Virus record (IMG/VR): IMGVR_UViG_3300031949_000018
Coordinates: 1-64,000 of that record
DNA: 64,000 nt
Direction: 5' to 3' (one strand)
DNA from: a virus
Taxonomy: Duplodnaviria; Caudoviricetes
The notes under the pieces are model-generated. The model made no database searches, was not told the origin of the DNA, and saw only the letters and a list, made by a program, of their open reading frames with translations. Shown here piece by piece: positions 16,761 through 26,620 of the stretch (within the stretch, counting starts at the first letter, position 1; each line of letters opens with the position of its first letter). The position numbers and the translations under genes were made by a program.

Positions 16761-16808
16761 GATGATCCTACCTTAATGTGTCCGGTGCCTGAAGTAAACG
16801 GCGCGGGC

Positions 16809-19304
16809 CTAGAAAAATGATGCCAAGGTCGCCTTTTTTGTATGACTCCACCCGATGACCGAGAGGATGATGTCGAGTGGCTGAAGGAAAGACTTCTCGA
16901 ACTGAAGATCGTAGTTGATATACTTCTCCATCCCAAACTCGGCTGGGAGGACGTTGATGCAGGCTAGGACGTTCTCACCCAGGTGGTTGGGCACCCTCAC
17001 GTAACAGAATTTGATCTTGTCCCCGTCAGTGATCGAATCATATAACGTGTCTACCTTGTAGTCCTTCAGTGCCTTGTTATAGACGATGGCCGCCCTGGTG
17101 TGCTGAGGGGTCCCGAGCTTGTAGACGTCCCTGGCCGATGTGTAATCGGTGATACCGTTTACCCCCCTGGGAAATGCTATCTCCTCGAACCTCATCCCCA
17201 TGAACTCAACTCGGAACTCATTGACGAATTTTTGAAGTGAGGCCTCGTCTTCGTTCATTATTATCTCGAGGGCCCGCTTCAGCTTCTTCCGACAGGGCTC
17301 GGGTGTCGACGACTTGACCATCTCGAGGCCAGTGGCCTTGATCTCAGGCTTGGCGAGTCGGACGTCCTCGATGTCGTAGGCGTTGAGGGCATACTTCTTC
17401 TTGGCGGTCCAGATGCCCGCTGATGCTATGGTCTCCCTCTTCATCCTCAGTTTTGTATGGTCGTAGGCGTTCACGTAGCGGGCCCAGCGCTTGGTGATGT
17501 CGTCGATCTCCGGCAGGATCTTCGACTTACAGACTTTGTCGATGAAATCTACCACCTCCTGTACGTTTGGCTCACTGTCCTCGTATACCTGATCGACGAG
17601 TGTGGCCAGGGTGACATAGACAGAATCGGTGTCCACGGCTATGACGTAGTCCACCTCCTCGGTCTTCATTATCCGATTGAGGTAGGCGTTGAGATTATTC
17701 TCCATGTATCGTATGGCGAGCTGGCCAGACATCGTTATCGACTCCGCCAGGCGCATGTCGAACCAAAGAAACCACTCGTTGGCCATGGCACCATACCCGC
17801 TATTGAGGGCGTACTTCAGGGCCTTCTGAAGGGCTTCTAGGCTGGCTATGGCGGCATCTATCCTCTTCTTGTGTTCCTCATCGATGGTCGCCTCCTTGTT
17901 CTTCTTCTCGACGATCATCTCCTTCTTATAGATCGTCCTCTCAGAATACATTTTATTCATGAGCTGTGGAAAGAACCCTTGTTTGTCCTTGGAGAAGAGA
18001 TGGCACGATCCAGAGATCGAGTTCTTTTCCAGGGTGAGAGCCAAGGCCCCGTCGAGGAGCTCATCTATCGTCAGCGTCCGTGGCAACCTGCCGACGACGG
18101 TCTCGTTAGATATGTTGAGGGCCATGATGAGGTGTGGGTAAAGCGAATCGAAGTCGAATGATACGACCCACCTGTGCCTGCCGAGCTGGGGAGTCTTTAC
18201 GTATCCTCCCTCGAATGGCACCCTGTTCGACGACGTCTTCATCGGCACGACGATCTTCTGTTCCATCAGGTGGTTGTGGACCAGCGTTTCCCATGCCTTC
18301 ACCGTCCCGAACGTGTCCTCGTACGAGACCTTGAAGTAGTAGGCGACCGTGAAGATGAGTTCGAGCAGCTGGAGCTTGTCGTTGAGTTTCTCTACGAGCA
18401 CGATGTCGCGAACGTTGTAGTCGATGAACTTCTGGGGGTCGTTCTCGTAGAGCTTGGCTAGTGTTCCGAACTCGGAGTAATCGAGTTTTTTCCCCACCTT
18501 CTCGGCGTCGCAGACGAAGTCTAGCCGATAGGATTCCCTCTCCTTGTAGGTGAATTTTTTGTACGCCCTCATGTAGTCGATCGTTGAGATGCCGGCTATG
18601 TTGTAGGTGTTGTTGATCCGGCCCATGAGGAATACCTCGCGCGCCTCGACCATGTTCCATGGGGACAACACCTTGCTGGTGCCGGATCCGAAAACCCTGT
18701 CGATGCGGTTGACGATGTATGGAATGTCAAACATATCGATGAACCATCCTGTGACCACGTCGATAGGCGAGGAGCACCAGAGCTCGAGGAAACGGTTGAG
18801 TAGGTCGCCCTCGTCTGAGCATTTGACGTAGCGGATGTCAGACTTAGAGGCATCGTAATTAATGCATGAAAATACATATGTGGTTCCTTGGATCTTGATG
18901 GCTATGGACAGTATCTCCTGGTCGGCGGCAGCGACGTTCGGCTTGCCGCCGACCATGGCGACCTCGATGTCGAGATACGCTACGCATACCTTAGTTACGT
19001 CGTAGTCTGGCTTGCCTGGATACCTGTCGTTGATGAATGGATAGGTGAAGTTTGTCGCCCCGTAGATCTCCAGCCCGTGGGTGTCCTTGTACTTTTCTAG
19101 AAACTTCCTGGCGTCGGTGACACCGTTGAAGTCCCTGCGCGATACGGGTTTACCGTCGAACGAGGTATAATCCCCATCCTCGTCGGACATGAACAGATAC
19201 GGGCGGCAGCGAATCTTTGAGTTCACGTGGATCCCATCCACGATCTCTCTCAGGTGCACCTCTCCGTGGGTCATGAAAAAGTTGGTGTAGAAGCGGCCCA
19301 TCAC
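16809..19304 (-). CDS. 43: Family B DNA polymerase (T4 gp43)
   Basis: Exo DIE, DFDSLYP, K.ALNSGYG, DTDS. Confidence 0.97.
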   Translation of the reverse strand: MMGRFYTNFFMTHGEVHLREIVDGIHVNSKIRCRPYLFMSDEDGDYTSFDGKPVSRRDFNGVTDARKFLEKYKDTHGLEIYGATNFTYPFINDRYPGKPDYDVTKVCVAYLDIEVAMVGGKPNVAAADQEILSIAIKIQGTTYVFSCINYDASKSDIRYVKCSDEGDLLNRFLELWCSSPIDVVTGWFIDMFDIPYIVNRIDRVFGSGTSKVLSPWNMVEAREVFLMGRINNTYNIAGISTIDYMRAYKKFTYKERESYRLDFVCDAEKVGKKLDYSEFGTLAKLYENDPQKFIDYNVRDIVLVEKLNDKLQLLELIFTVAYYFKVSYEDTFGTVKAWETLVHNHLMEQKIVVPMKTSSNRVPFEGGYVKTPQLGRHRWVVSFDFDSLYPHLIMALNISNETVVGRLPRTLTIDELLDGALALTLEKNSISGSCHLFSKDKQGFFPQLMNKMYSERTIYKKEMIVEKKNKEATIDEEHKKRIDAAIASLEALQKALKYALNSGYGAMANEWFLWFDMRLAESITMSGQLAIRYMENNLNAYLNRIMKTEEVDYVIAVDTDSVYVTLATLVDQVYEDSEPNVQEVVDFIDKVCKSKILPEIDDITKRWARYVNAYDHTKLRMKRETIASAGIWTAKKKYALNAYDIEDVRLAKPEIKATGLEMVKSSTPEPCRKKLKRALEIIMNEDEASLQKFVNEFRVEFMGMRFEEIAFPRGVNGITDYTSARDVYKLGTPQHTRAAIVYNKALKDYKVDTLYDSITDGDKIKFCYVRVPNHLGENVLACINVLPAEFGMEKYINYDLQFEKSFLQPLDIILSVIGWSHTKKATLASFF

Positions 19305-19351
19305 TACTCAGCATAAGGAAATGGCAATACAACGTCAACGGCACGGGGAGT

Positions 19352-19900
19352 TTATTTTTGGAGCTCTTCGACTGGATTGATTATGTCGAATTCGACTCTG
19401 GAGTCATCCTGATATAGGTAGCCGCCTTTGCCCTTGCCCTCGACGTCACCTGGGTTGCCGGACGGTTCTTCATTGTTACCTATGGACACCAGCTGTCCTT
19501 CTTCTAGTGCCTTCTTCATGGCGGCGGCCATGTTCGCGTTGTTCTCATTGTATTCGATGCGGTAGGATCTTGGGGCCCGCTCACCGGCATACGTGAACGA
19601 CGTGAGGGGATTTATCTTGTCAAGCAATGACGAACCATCCAACTTTCTGGGATTTACCATCCAAAGGAATATGCCGCCCTCGTCAGTCTCAGTCGGCTCA
19701 GCCATCGCCACCCATAAGACGATGCCTGGTTGCAGGATGTCTCGCGTAGGCCATCCCTTGAATGAATCGGTGGAAAACCAGACGGCGGCGGCGATGTAGA
19801 AGAACAGCGCGATCGACACGGTCTTTATCGCCCATTTCCCGTCGACCCAGTAGAACAGGATCGACATCATGACGGCGTATGCTATGAAGTAGAATATCAT
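19352..19900 (-). CDS. Membrane protein (2 N-terminal TMs), third gene of the MotA/B-like trio
   Basis: Hydrophobic N-terminus followed by a soluble domain. Confidence 0.7.
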   Translation of the reverse strand: MIFYFIAYAVMMSILFYWVDGKWAIKTVSIALFFYIAAAVWFSTDSFKGWPTRDILQPGIVLWVAMAEPTETDEGGIFLWMVNPRKLDGSSLLDKINPLTSFTYAGERAPRSYRIEYNENNANMAAAMKKALEEGQLVSIGNNEEPSGNPGDVEGKGKGGYLYQDDSRVEFDIINPVEELQK

Positions 19901-20544
19901 CAGTGTTGGCTTTCACCCTGTGAGAGGTTGGTCTTCACGAGCTCGATCGCCTCTTCCCAGATCCTGACCGGGTTGCCTGACTGATCTATCGAGAACCTAA
20001 ATGCGTGGGTCTCCTCCCAGGGTTTCTCCATCACTATCTCCTTGAGGTGAACGTCGTTGAACAGAGGGTTTATCTTCGACAGGACGAGCCTCACCGGAAG
20101 ACCGGTCTTCGCGACCATTTGGACACAAGTCGCCCCGACCCTATAGAGGTGGGCGTTGACCACGTATTCACCGGGGACCAGGCTCCTGAGGACCCAGCGC
20201 TCGGTGTTGCTGCGGGTGATGTACGTCTTTCCGTTTATGACTCTAGAGTCGTTGCTCGTTCCGGTATCGTCCCTCTCGAGATGCATGTTGTCGGCGTCCC
20301 TCTGGCGAAACCAAACTATTGTTCCGCTCGGGCCTCTGACCCAGATGTCGACGTCGCAATCTACGTCGTCCGGCCACGTCATCGTTATGATGTACTCAGC
20401 CTTGGTCTCCACTCCGTCTTTCTTGGCGGTGATGGGGTTTATGAGGACGAGGGCCATCATGAATATCACGAACAGGTTCATCTGTCCACTTATCAACATG
20501 TCGATGAAGCTTGTCCGGGTGTCCCCTCGGTCGAATTGCTTCAT
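19900..20544 (-). CDS. MotB/ExbD-like single-TM protein with a YfaP-like periplasmic domain
   Basis: SFIDML...TM carrying Asp; W....D.DVDIWV..P.G..VWF, LERDD.G, PGEY.VN.HLY. Confidence 0.65.
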   Translation of the reverse strand: MKQFDRGDTRTSFIDMLISGQMNLFVIFMMALVLINPITAKKDGVETKAEYIITMTWPDDVDCDVDIWVRGPSGTIVWFRQRDADNMHLERDDTGTSNDSRVINGKTYITRSNTERWVLRSLVPGEYVVNAHLYRVGATCVQMVAKTGLPVRLVLSKINPLFNDVHLKEIVMEKPWEETHAFRFSIDQSGNPVRIWEEAIELVKTNLSQGESQH

Positions 20545-20545
20545 C

Positions 20546-21118
20546 TCAGTCTTGTTCTCTCATGTCTATCGCGTAGTCGGCGATGTAGGTCTCGAGTGAG
20601 AGGATGATCGTCCCGGTGATTCCCGACGCCGTTGCGTAGAGTGCTGCCGCCCAATTCTCACCGACCACCGGGATGAGGGTCGCAAGGATCGAGGCGTTGG
20701 AGAAGTCTTTTCCGACGAAGGCCGCCGCCAACATCGCGATGAACCCGTACGTGGTGCCGGCGAGGCCGAGGTTCAGGAGCTGTGAGGAAGAGAACCAACC
20801 GAACGTCAGCCGCCGCCGAGACACGGTCAGGAGTCTTTGCGATAGACCCATTCGGATCTCGCTGGAGTTTTTCTCGATGTCTAAACATACGTAGGCGACA
20901 GAGATAGAGGCGATAGAAAACCATCCGAGAATGGTCAGGACGACGTAGAACTTATCGTTTACGTATACGTCGTGGGCGATGCCGTTTTGCCAGAGCCAGA
21001 AAGCCGCGGTGGCCACTAGGGCTTTTATGATCAACCACGATACAAAAGGGCGTCGTCCTACGAGATCCATGAAATGCACTTGTTTATTCCTAGTTAAGAG
21101 AATTAGAAACGAGTGCAT
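20546..21118 (-). CDS. MotA/TolQ/ExbB proton-channel family protein
   Basis: LGLAGTTYGFIAML and ALYATASG signature TMs; start probably near 21070. Confidence 0.8.
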   Translation of the reverse strand: MHSFLILLTRNKQVHFMDLVGRRPFVSWLIIKALVATAAFWLWQNGIAHDVYVNDKFYVVLTILGWFSIASISVAYVCLDIEKNSSEIRMGLSQRLLTVSRRRLTFGWFSSSQLLNLGLAGTTYGFIAMLAAAFVGKDFSNASILATLIPVVGENWAAALYATASGITGTIILSLETYIADYAIDMREQD

Positions 21119-21365
21119 TAACTTTTTGGTTAAACACCTTGTGGACCGTCTCGGCCATGTGGAACGCGGCCTCGGCGGTTATCATTAGCCCTTCGTCGGG
21201 CTTGTTACGGTCAGAGATATTGACGTAGATGATCCCAGACGCCTTGTCCCTATAGATCGACAGCGACAGGTCGGAGTTCTCGATGAAGCGCTCGTCCTCG
21301 GCGCCTATCACCATCTCCCTCACCGATCCTACTCCGGTGGTGCTCTTCTTGTTCGTCATCAGCAT
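21090..21365 (-). CDS. Hypothetical protein
   Basis: Likely start MLMTNKK within the longer ORF. Confidence 0.5.
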   Translation of the reverse strand: MLMTNKKSTTGVGSVREMVIGAEDERFIENSDLSLSIYRDKASGIIYVNISDRNKPDEGLMITAEAAFHMAETVHKVFNQKVNALVSNSLN

Positions 21366-21408
21366 CTTGTGAACCCCCTCGATGATGTTTTTGATCTTAC
21401 CACCCAAT

Positions 21409-21828
21409 CTACACTCCTGTAAACGGCGTCGGAACTTTTTTCTTTCCGATCTCATATTTAGATCGCAGCGCCCAACTATTTTTTTCCTTAAACGGCACGA
21501 CCTTGAATTGATTTGCTGACACCCGCTCCTCTATCTTAGAGGAGTCAACGATCTCACACAGCCCCCATCTATCGAGAAGATAGGCGATCGTGTTGCGGCG
21601 GGCGATGTCTTCCTGGGAAATGTCTGATTCCTTGCCATCTAACATGAACATCTCCTTGAAGTGGGTGATGTAATAGTGTCCGCGCTTGTGCAGTATGTGG
21701 CAAGTCTGGGTTAGTATCTTCACCCCGTCCTTCTCAGAAGGGATGCCGATTCTTGTAAGCGTTTCCTTGACGACTAGGAAGTCATCGGGATTAAGTAGTT
21801 TCACCTCCACTAAGTCGGTCACGCTCAT
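21409..21828 (-). CDS. regA: Translational repressor RegA
   Basis: DFL.VKETLTRIGI, CHILHKRG.YYI.HFKE.F.LDG. Confidence 0.95.
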   Translation of the reverse strand: MSVTDLVEVKLLNPDDFLVVKETLTRIGIPSEKDGVKILTQTCHILHKRGHYYITHFKEMFMLDGKESDISQEDIARRNTIAYLLDRWGLCEIVDSSKIEERVSANQFKVVPFKEKNSWALRSKYEIGKKKVPTPFTGV

Positions 21829-22198
21829 CGTCTTGCATTCTTTTTATTATGTCATCGATGTCAGACCGAGGAAGGATTCGTAGAACCTCCCTCGACCTGC
21901 TACTATTTATCCCGTACCATCTACTAATGGCGCTCACCGCCTCCCTCTCGTCTGGCTTGTGCCACTTAGAGAATCTTTTTTTCGGCCGCAGCGAATAGAG
22001 ATAATAGTCATGCTGGAGCTGCTTGTCGAGCCTGTGCATGCCGTTGACCTCGTTGGCGTACAGGACCGTGTCCACGAACATACCAAACGCCTTGTTGGTC
22101 AACCATGGGTTGTAGCCGGAGATTCCCTCCTCAGAATTCCTGGACAGGTCTCGCTTCTTCTCACCGACGTCGGCTATGTAGTCGAACGGTTTACTCAC
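21791..22198 (-). CDS. 62: Clamp loader small subunit (gp62)
   Basis: YNPW..N....F.DT...ANE.N, LRPKKRFSKW; synteny. Confidence 0.9.
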   Translation of the reverse strand: MSKPFDYIADVGEKKRDLSRNSEEGISGYNPWLTNKAFGMFVDTVLYANEVNGMHRLDKQLQHDYYLYSLRPKKRFSKWHKPDEREAVSAISRWYGINSSRSREVLRILPRSDIDDIIKRMQDDERDRLSGGETT

Positions 22199-23130
22199 TT
22201 GAACTCACAGTCCGACATGACCTCGGTGAGGAACGCCGCGAGGTTTATCTCCTGGTCGGCGACCACCGTGGCCCTTTCCTGGTAGCGGCTGATCGTCACC
22301 ACGAGAAGTGGGATGGTGTTCTGGACCATGACCTCCATGGCCTGGTCGTAGAAGGACCGCATGATCATCAGCGAGTCGTGGTCTGAGTGCTCGGCCACCC
22401 ACTTGATCATCTCTGCGTGGGCCTTGCTCTTTAGGATCTTGATGAGATCGGTGATGTCTGTATTGAACTTGGCGAGGATGCCTGAATCGATCCTACCGCT
22501 CCTGGAATAATACTGGAGCTCATTGATCACCTTCCGCCAGTCGGGGTAGTACCTGATGATCACCTCGCTAACAACGTCCTTGTCGTACTCGATCTTCTCC
22601 TCGTCGAGGATCCACCTCATCCTCTTAGAGAACTGCATCATCATCGAGGGTTTCTCGTCAGCAACGCAGTCGAAGGATACCTCGACCAGCCGAGACTTGA
22701 GTGGGGAGATGATCCTGTTCGGATAGTTGCAGGTGAGGATAAAGCCACAGTTCCCTGAATAGGTCTCCATGAAGTTGCGGAGTGAGGGCTGGGTCGAGTT
22801 GGCGTTGAGATAGTCGGCCTCGTCAAGGATGACGTACTTTCGTCCTCCCGACATCGAGACAGTCGAGGCGAACTGGGTGATGTCGTTCCTCAGGGTGTCG
22901 ATGTTGCCACTCAGCGACGCGTTGATGACGATGGAGTCGAGCCCCATCTCTGAGAGCATGGCCAGTGCCACGGTCGTCTTGCCGACACCCGGTCCTCCTG
23001 ATAACAGGAGGTTAGGAGGCGTCTTCTCGATGACGAATCTCTTGAAGACATCCTTTAACTTGGCCGGAAGTACGCAGTCATCGATCGCCTGTGGACGATA
23101 CTTTTCTGTCCAGAGTGTTTCTTTTCTCAT
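22195..23130 (-). CDS. 44: Clamp loader ATPase subunit (gp44)
   Basis: LWTEKYRP, GPGVGKT, LDEAD, LKSR. Confidence 0.95.
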   Translation of the reverse strand: MRKETLWTEKYRPQAIDDCVLPAKLKDVFKRFVIEKTPPNLLLSGGPGVGKTTVALAMLSEMGLDSIVINASLSGNIDTLRNDITQFASTVSMSGGRKYVILDEADYLNANSTQPSLRNFMETYSGNCGFILTCNYPNRIISPLKSRLVEVSFDCVADEKPSMMMQFSKRMRWILDEEKIEYDKDVVSEVIIRYYPDWRKVINELQYYSRSGRIDSGILAKFNTDITDLIKILKSKAHAEMIKWVAEHSDHDSLMIMRSFYDQAMEVMVQNTIPLLVVTISRYQERATVVADQEINLAAFLTEVMSDCEFK

Positions 23131-23138
23131 GGCTCACC

Positions 23139-23795
23139 TTAGTCGGCGAGCGCCGGGATCCAGTAGGAGACGTCCGGGTTTTCTAACTTGACGTATGACG
23201 GATGAACGCTGACCACGTAGTCCCGCTCGAGCATCTTGAAAGAGTTCTTAGGAATACGGACGTCTACGTCTGCCACACCTTCCGGGGCGTCGGAAATCCT
23301 GAACGAGTACTTATCCTTGGACGTATTCTTTATGTTTGCCGCCTTGATGAACACCCCCTCGGAGCTCACTGAGAATATGAGCTCAGGAAGTTCTAGGACA
23401 CTCAGCGCCTTGGTGGCGTTGTCCAATTCCTCGGCGTTGACCGGGAAGGTCGTGACGGGTTCAGGTACGGCTGGATCTTTGGATGGGGCGCCCTTGATGA
23501 GAGTCTGATCGCTCAGCGTATACTGAATGTTGCGCTTCCCGGTGCTGATCACTGCGTGGGTCGGTGTGAACTCCACGTCTGGGTCGGAACCTTTGAACAG
23601 GGAGAGGATGCTGAGGAACTTCTTGAGATTGTAGATCCCCACCTCGTTCTCGACACTCTCGGTGATCGTCGCCGAGGCAAAGAGATCTAGGTTGGGCGTA
23701 CCCGTCCTGACCACGTTTCCTGGGCGAAGGATGATGGACTGATAGATGCTAGAGAAGTTGTTGAGGATCTCTAGGGTCTTGGGACTAATCTTCAT
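23139..23795 (-). CDS. 45: Sliding clamp (gp45)
   Basis: MKIS..TL.IL.NFS.I..SI, IY.L..FL; synteny. Confidence 0.92.
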   Translation of the reverse strand: MKISPKTLEILNNFSSIYQSIILRPGNVVRTGTPNLDLFASATITESVENEVGIYNLKKFLSILSLFKGSDPDVEFTPTHAVISTGKRNIQYTLSDQTLIKGAPSKDPAVPEPVTTFPVNAEELDNATKALSVLELPELIFSVSSEGVFIKAANIKNTSKDKYSFRISDAPEGVADVDVRIPKNSFKMLERDYVVSVHPSYVKLENPDVSYWIPALAD

Positions 23796-23809
23796 GATGA
23801 ACTCCGTTT

Positions 23810-24676
23810 CTATTCTCTTTTCTTAAGCTTAGATGGATCGGCGGTAGGGGCGGCACCGATCGAAGCCAGTGCCGGCAGGTGCCCGCCGAATATATAGGAA
23901 CCTACGTGCTGCAACCGCATCCACGGGCAGAGCCCCACCTTCGCACCGAACTTCTTGAGGTTCTGACAAAACCAGTAGTCCTCAGAAAGGTAGCGCTTCG
24001 AAGCCGGGTCGATGGCCGCTTGGAAATACATGCCGATCTCCCTGGTACCGTCGAACTCGGCCGACCGAACGTGATCCGGCCGATACATGATGCTGTCGTT
24101 GACCGACTCAAAATACTCGCGATATCTCTCGAAGACTACCCGCTTTATCATCATGAAACCGGTACCGATCTCTAAGACGTGTGCGGGTTCTCCGAGTGGG
24201 ATGCTGCTGGGTGCGCCGGGTTCAATAATGGGGTTGAACACGAAGTCACCGACGAAGTCGTCGAGCTTATTCGGGTCCTCGTCGGCGACCCCCTTGTCGA
24301 CCGCCATCTTGATCTTTTCCCAGCTAATGTTCTTCTTAGGATAGGCGCCGCCGAGTACGTCGAACTCCGAGTCGTCCCCCATCATGGCTAGGAGGGCCAC
24401 CACGTCTTGGGGGTTGAAGCCGATATCCGAGTCGATGAACATGAGGTGCGTCATCCCGCTCCTCAGGAACTCATCGACACAGTAGTTCCGGGCACGGGTA
24501 ATAAGGCTCTCGTTGAAGAGAAAGTAACTCTTCAGCTCTAGGCCCATCTTAACGAACTCGGCGGTTAGGTCGGCGACGGATCTGGTGTACATACCCGCAC
24601 ACTGACCGCCGTACATAGGTGTTGCCAGGAAGAGTTTGCGCTTGCGCATCTCCTCTAGGGAAATCTTGATCTCCAT
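23810..24676 (-). CDS. GT-A-fold glycosyltransferase-like protein
   Basis: LATPMYGG.C, ESLITRARN, THLMFIDSDI (DxD), YLSEDY.FC. Confidence 0.75.
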   Translation of the reverse strand: MEIKISLEEMRKRKLFLATPMYGGQCAGMYTRSVADLTAEFVKMGLELKSYFLFNESLITRARNYCVDEFLRSGMTHLMFIDSDIGFNPQDVVALLAMMGDDSEFDVLGGAYPKKNISWEKIKMAVDKGVADEDPNKLDDFVGDFVFNPIIEPGAPSSIPLGEPAHVLEIGTGFMMIKRVVFERYREYFESVNDSIMYRPDHVRSAEFDGTREIGMYFQAAIDPASKRYLSEDYWFCQNLKKFGAKVGLCPWMRLQHVGSYIFGGHLPALASIGAAPTADPSKLKKRE

Positions 24677-24698
24677 CCGGATGATCCTTTTTTTCTTG

Positions 24699-24917
24699 TT
24701 ATTGTTCTTCTATCGACTTCATGATCTCTTCAACGGTTTCGAACGCGTATCGGTAATCTCTGCTCCCGATTTGAACTCTGGTATGATACCCGTCTTCGTA
24801 ATTTATATCCAACCTGTCCACTGTCTCAATGATCGTTATCATATTTGGGTTTACGTAGACCAACCGAGTTGGGTCGGGTGGGCCCATCTCAAGTTGGGTT
24901 AGTTTGATGAACCTCAC
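24699..24917 (-). CDS. Hypothetical protein
   Basis: ORF track. Confidence 0.55.
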   Translation of the reverse strand: MRFIKLTQLEMGPPDPTRLVYVNPNMITIIETVDRLDINYEDGYHTRVQIGSRDYRYAFETVEEIMKSIEEQ

Positions 24918-25189
24918 TTGTTCTTGTCCATCTGCCAGAGCATGAACATGGCATAGTGAATGATCTTGAGTAGGTCCTTCCGATTGAGTCCGTCCTTCTT
25001 CCCAAACCTGAAAGCGTATTTGATGATCGAGCTCGCGGCAAATTGCATTAGCATCCCACCCGCGGCGACCAGGTCGATCGCCTGGAGGTTGTCCTCCCCG
25101 ACGTAGTGGGCGCCGTATGTTCCCGCTAGATAGGTCTCCAGTTCTGCGAGGAGTCTGGGCTCGTCATATTTCCACTCGATCTCTGCCAT
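24914..25189 (-). CDS. DUF3310-like protein
   Basis: HY, QAID, IIKYA.R.GKK, DLLKIIHY. Confidence 0.75.
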   Translation of the reverse strand: MAEIEWKYDEPRLLAELETYLAGTYGAHYVGEDNLQAIDLVAAGGMLMQFAASSIIKYAFRFGKKDGLNRKDLLKIIHYAMFMLWQMDKNK

Positions 25190-25198
25190 GTGTTACAA

Positions 25199-26455
25199 CT
25201 AAACTCCGGCCGGCCCGGCGTCAACCGCGTCAAGAAAAAAAGATGACAGCGACGCATTATTTTTCTGTTCTGGCTTCCTAACCTCGAACTTTTTCGACGT
25301 GTTATACGAGAATACCGTCCCCCCAGTCACCCATTCTCGCTCCTCCGGGGTCTCTAGGCAGGTCTTCACCTCGGACGCCATGTCGGCCGCCGTCTGGACG
25401 GGGACATTCTGACAGATGTGGTTGGCGGACCTCTTGGGGTCGAGAAGTTCGAAGTCGTCGGGGAGACCCATGATCGTCATCGCCTCCCGATACGTGATGT
25501 AGCGATCCTCTACTGGGTGGGTGAGCATGCTCGGGTAGTGACCCACGAAGGCACCAATATAGTTCTTTGGTAAGACCGTACCTCTCCGCATGACGGAGCC
25601 TCCCGCGGCGAGCTTCGCCTCCATCGCCAGGCACCTGTCGGCCTCCTTGATGAAGCCCTTCTTCCTGAGCCAGTCGGACACCTGGCCATAGGTGTGTCCG
25701 GCGTCTTCGATGATGCAGATCACGTCGTTGTTCCTAACGGGCATCCCCTCGTACATGGTGGATACATATTCGCGATGACTTTTACCTCCGGCGATGTTCT
25801 CGAGTACGTAGGCATACCAGGGATCCTTGGTCGGCGTCTTGGGATTGATCGGTTCCATCTGGAAGTTCGACTTGACCCCGGTGATGAGGTCCTCTATCGG
25901 TTGGTAAGGGCGATCAAAATAGTTGAACACTGGCGCCCTGTCGCCCTTCCAGAAAAAGAAGAAGGCGCGGTTGCGAACCTGAGGAATTCCGTGAAGGAGC
26001 GACCGTGTGCGATAGAAGGACGCAGTATAACCGTTCTTCTCCGCGATCTCGTGAAGCCTCTTCCTGACCCCGTCGCCGAGGCCGCTCATGAGTCCGGGGG
26101 CGTTCTCTCCCCAGTATACACGAGGCTTGACTGCCTCCATGGCGTACTCAGAGGTGGTGAACAGCCACTCGTTAGCGGCCTGGTCAGAACCGGCGTTGAC
26201 GTTGAGCTGGGACAGACCTGCACAGGGACAAACGCTAGAAAGTGAGTCGATGTGCGTCGAGAAGGGAGGTGCACCCGTCATGAGGTCGTGATAGGGAACG
26301 TCGAGGCCCCTCTGCCTGTAGTAGTTGACGAGGTGGCTATCGTTCTTGGCGAACGGGGTGTAGGACAGGATGAATTTCGGTGGGGCACCCCACGCTCTCT
26401 CGGCGCCGATGGCCTCCCCGCCAATGAGTGGGATTATTGATGCGTGGTTCGTCAT
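25199..26455 (-). CDS. C5-cytosine DNA methyltransferase-like protein
   Basis: CPCAGLS (motif IV), GENAP (VI), PQ.R.R.FF (VIII), R.IT.REA...MG.P.DF (IX), QNVP (X). Confidence 0.85.
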   Translation of the reverse strand: MTNHASIIPLIGGEAIGAERAWGAPPKFILSYTPFAKNDSHLVNYYRQRGLDVPYHDLMTGAPPFSTHIDSLSSVCPCAGLSQLNVNAGSDQAANEWLFTTSEYAMEAVKPRVYWGENAPGLMSGLGDGVRKRLHEIAEKNGYTASFYRTRSLLHGIPQVRNRAFFFFWKGDRAPVFNYFDRPYQPIEDLITGVKSNFQMEPINPKTPTKDPWYAYVLENIAGGKSHREYVSTMYEGMPVRNNDVICIIEDAGHTYGQVSDWLRKKGFIKEADRCLAMEAKLAAGGSVMRRGTVLPKNYIGAFVGHYPSMLTHPVEDRYITYREAMTIMGLPDDFELLDPKRSANHICQNVPVQTAADMASEVKTCLETPEEREWVTGGTVFSYNTSKKFEVRKPEQKNNASLSSFFLDAVDAGPAGV

Positions 26456-26620
26456 TTACACCCCGTTACATAGGTTGATGTCGAGCTCATTGTCCCAGGA
26501 CCAGACGCCGCCACCACCATCTTCGCACCACATCTTGAAGCGGTTGGGTGGTAGATCGATGTGAACGAAGAGTAGGTAACCCAGGAAGACACCTAGGATA
26601 AAGCCGACGCTGAAGTTCAT
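26456..26620 (-). CDS. Small membrane protein (absent from the ORF track)
   Basis: MNFSVGFILGVFLGYLLF...; ATGA overlap with the upstream stop. Confidence 0.55.
   Translation of the reverse strand: MNFSVGFILGVFLGYLLFVHIDLPPNRFKMWCEDGGGGVWSWDNELDINLCNGV

Noticed and set aside
16809-19304. Intron or intein in gp43 or other core genes
   Set aside because: The ORFs are continuous and of expected length, with no intein or homing-endonuclease insertions
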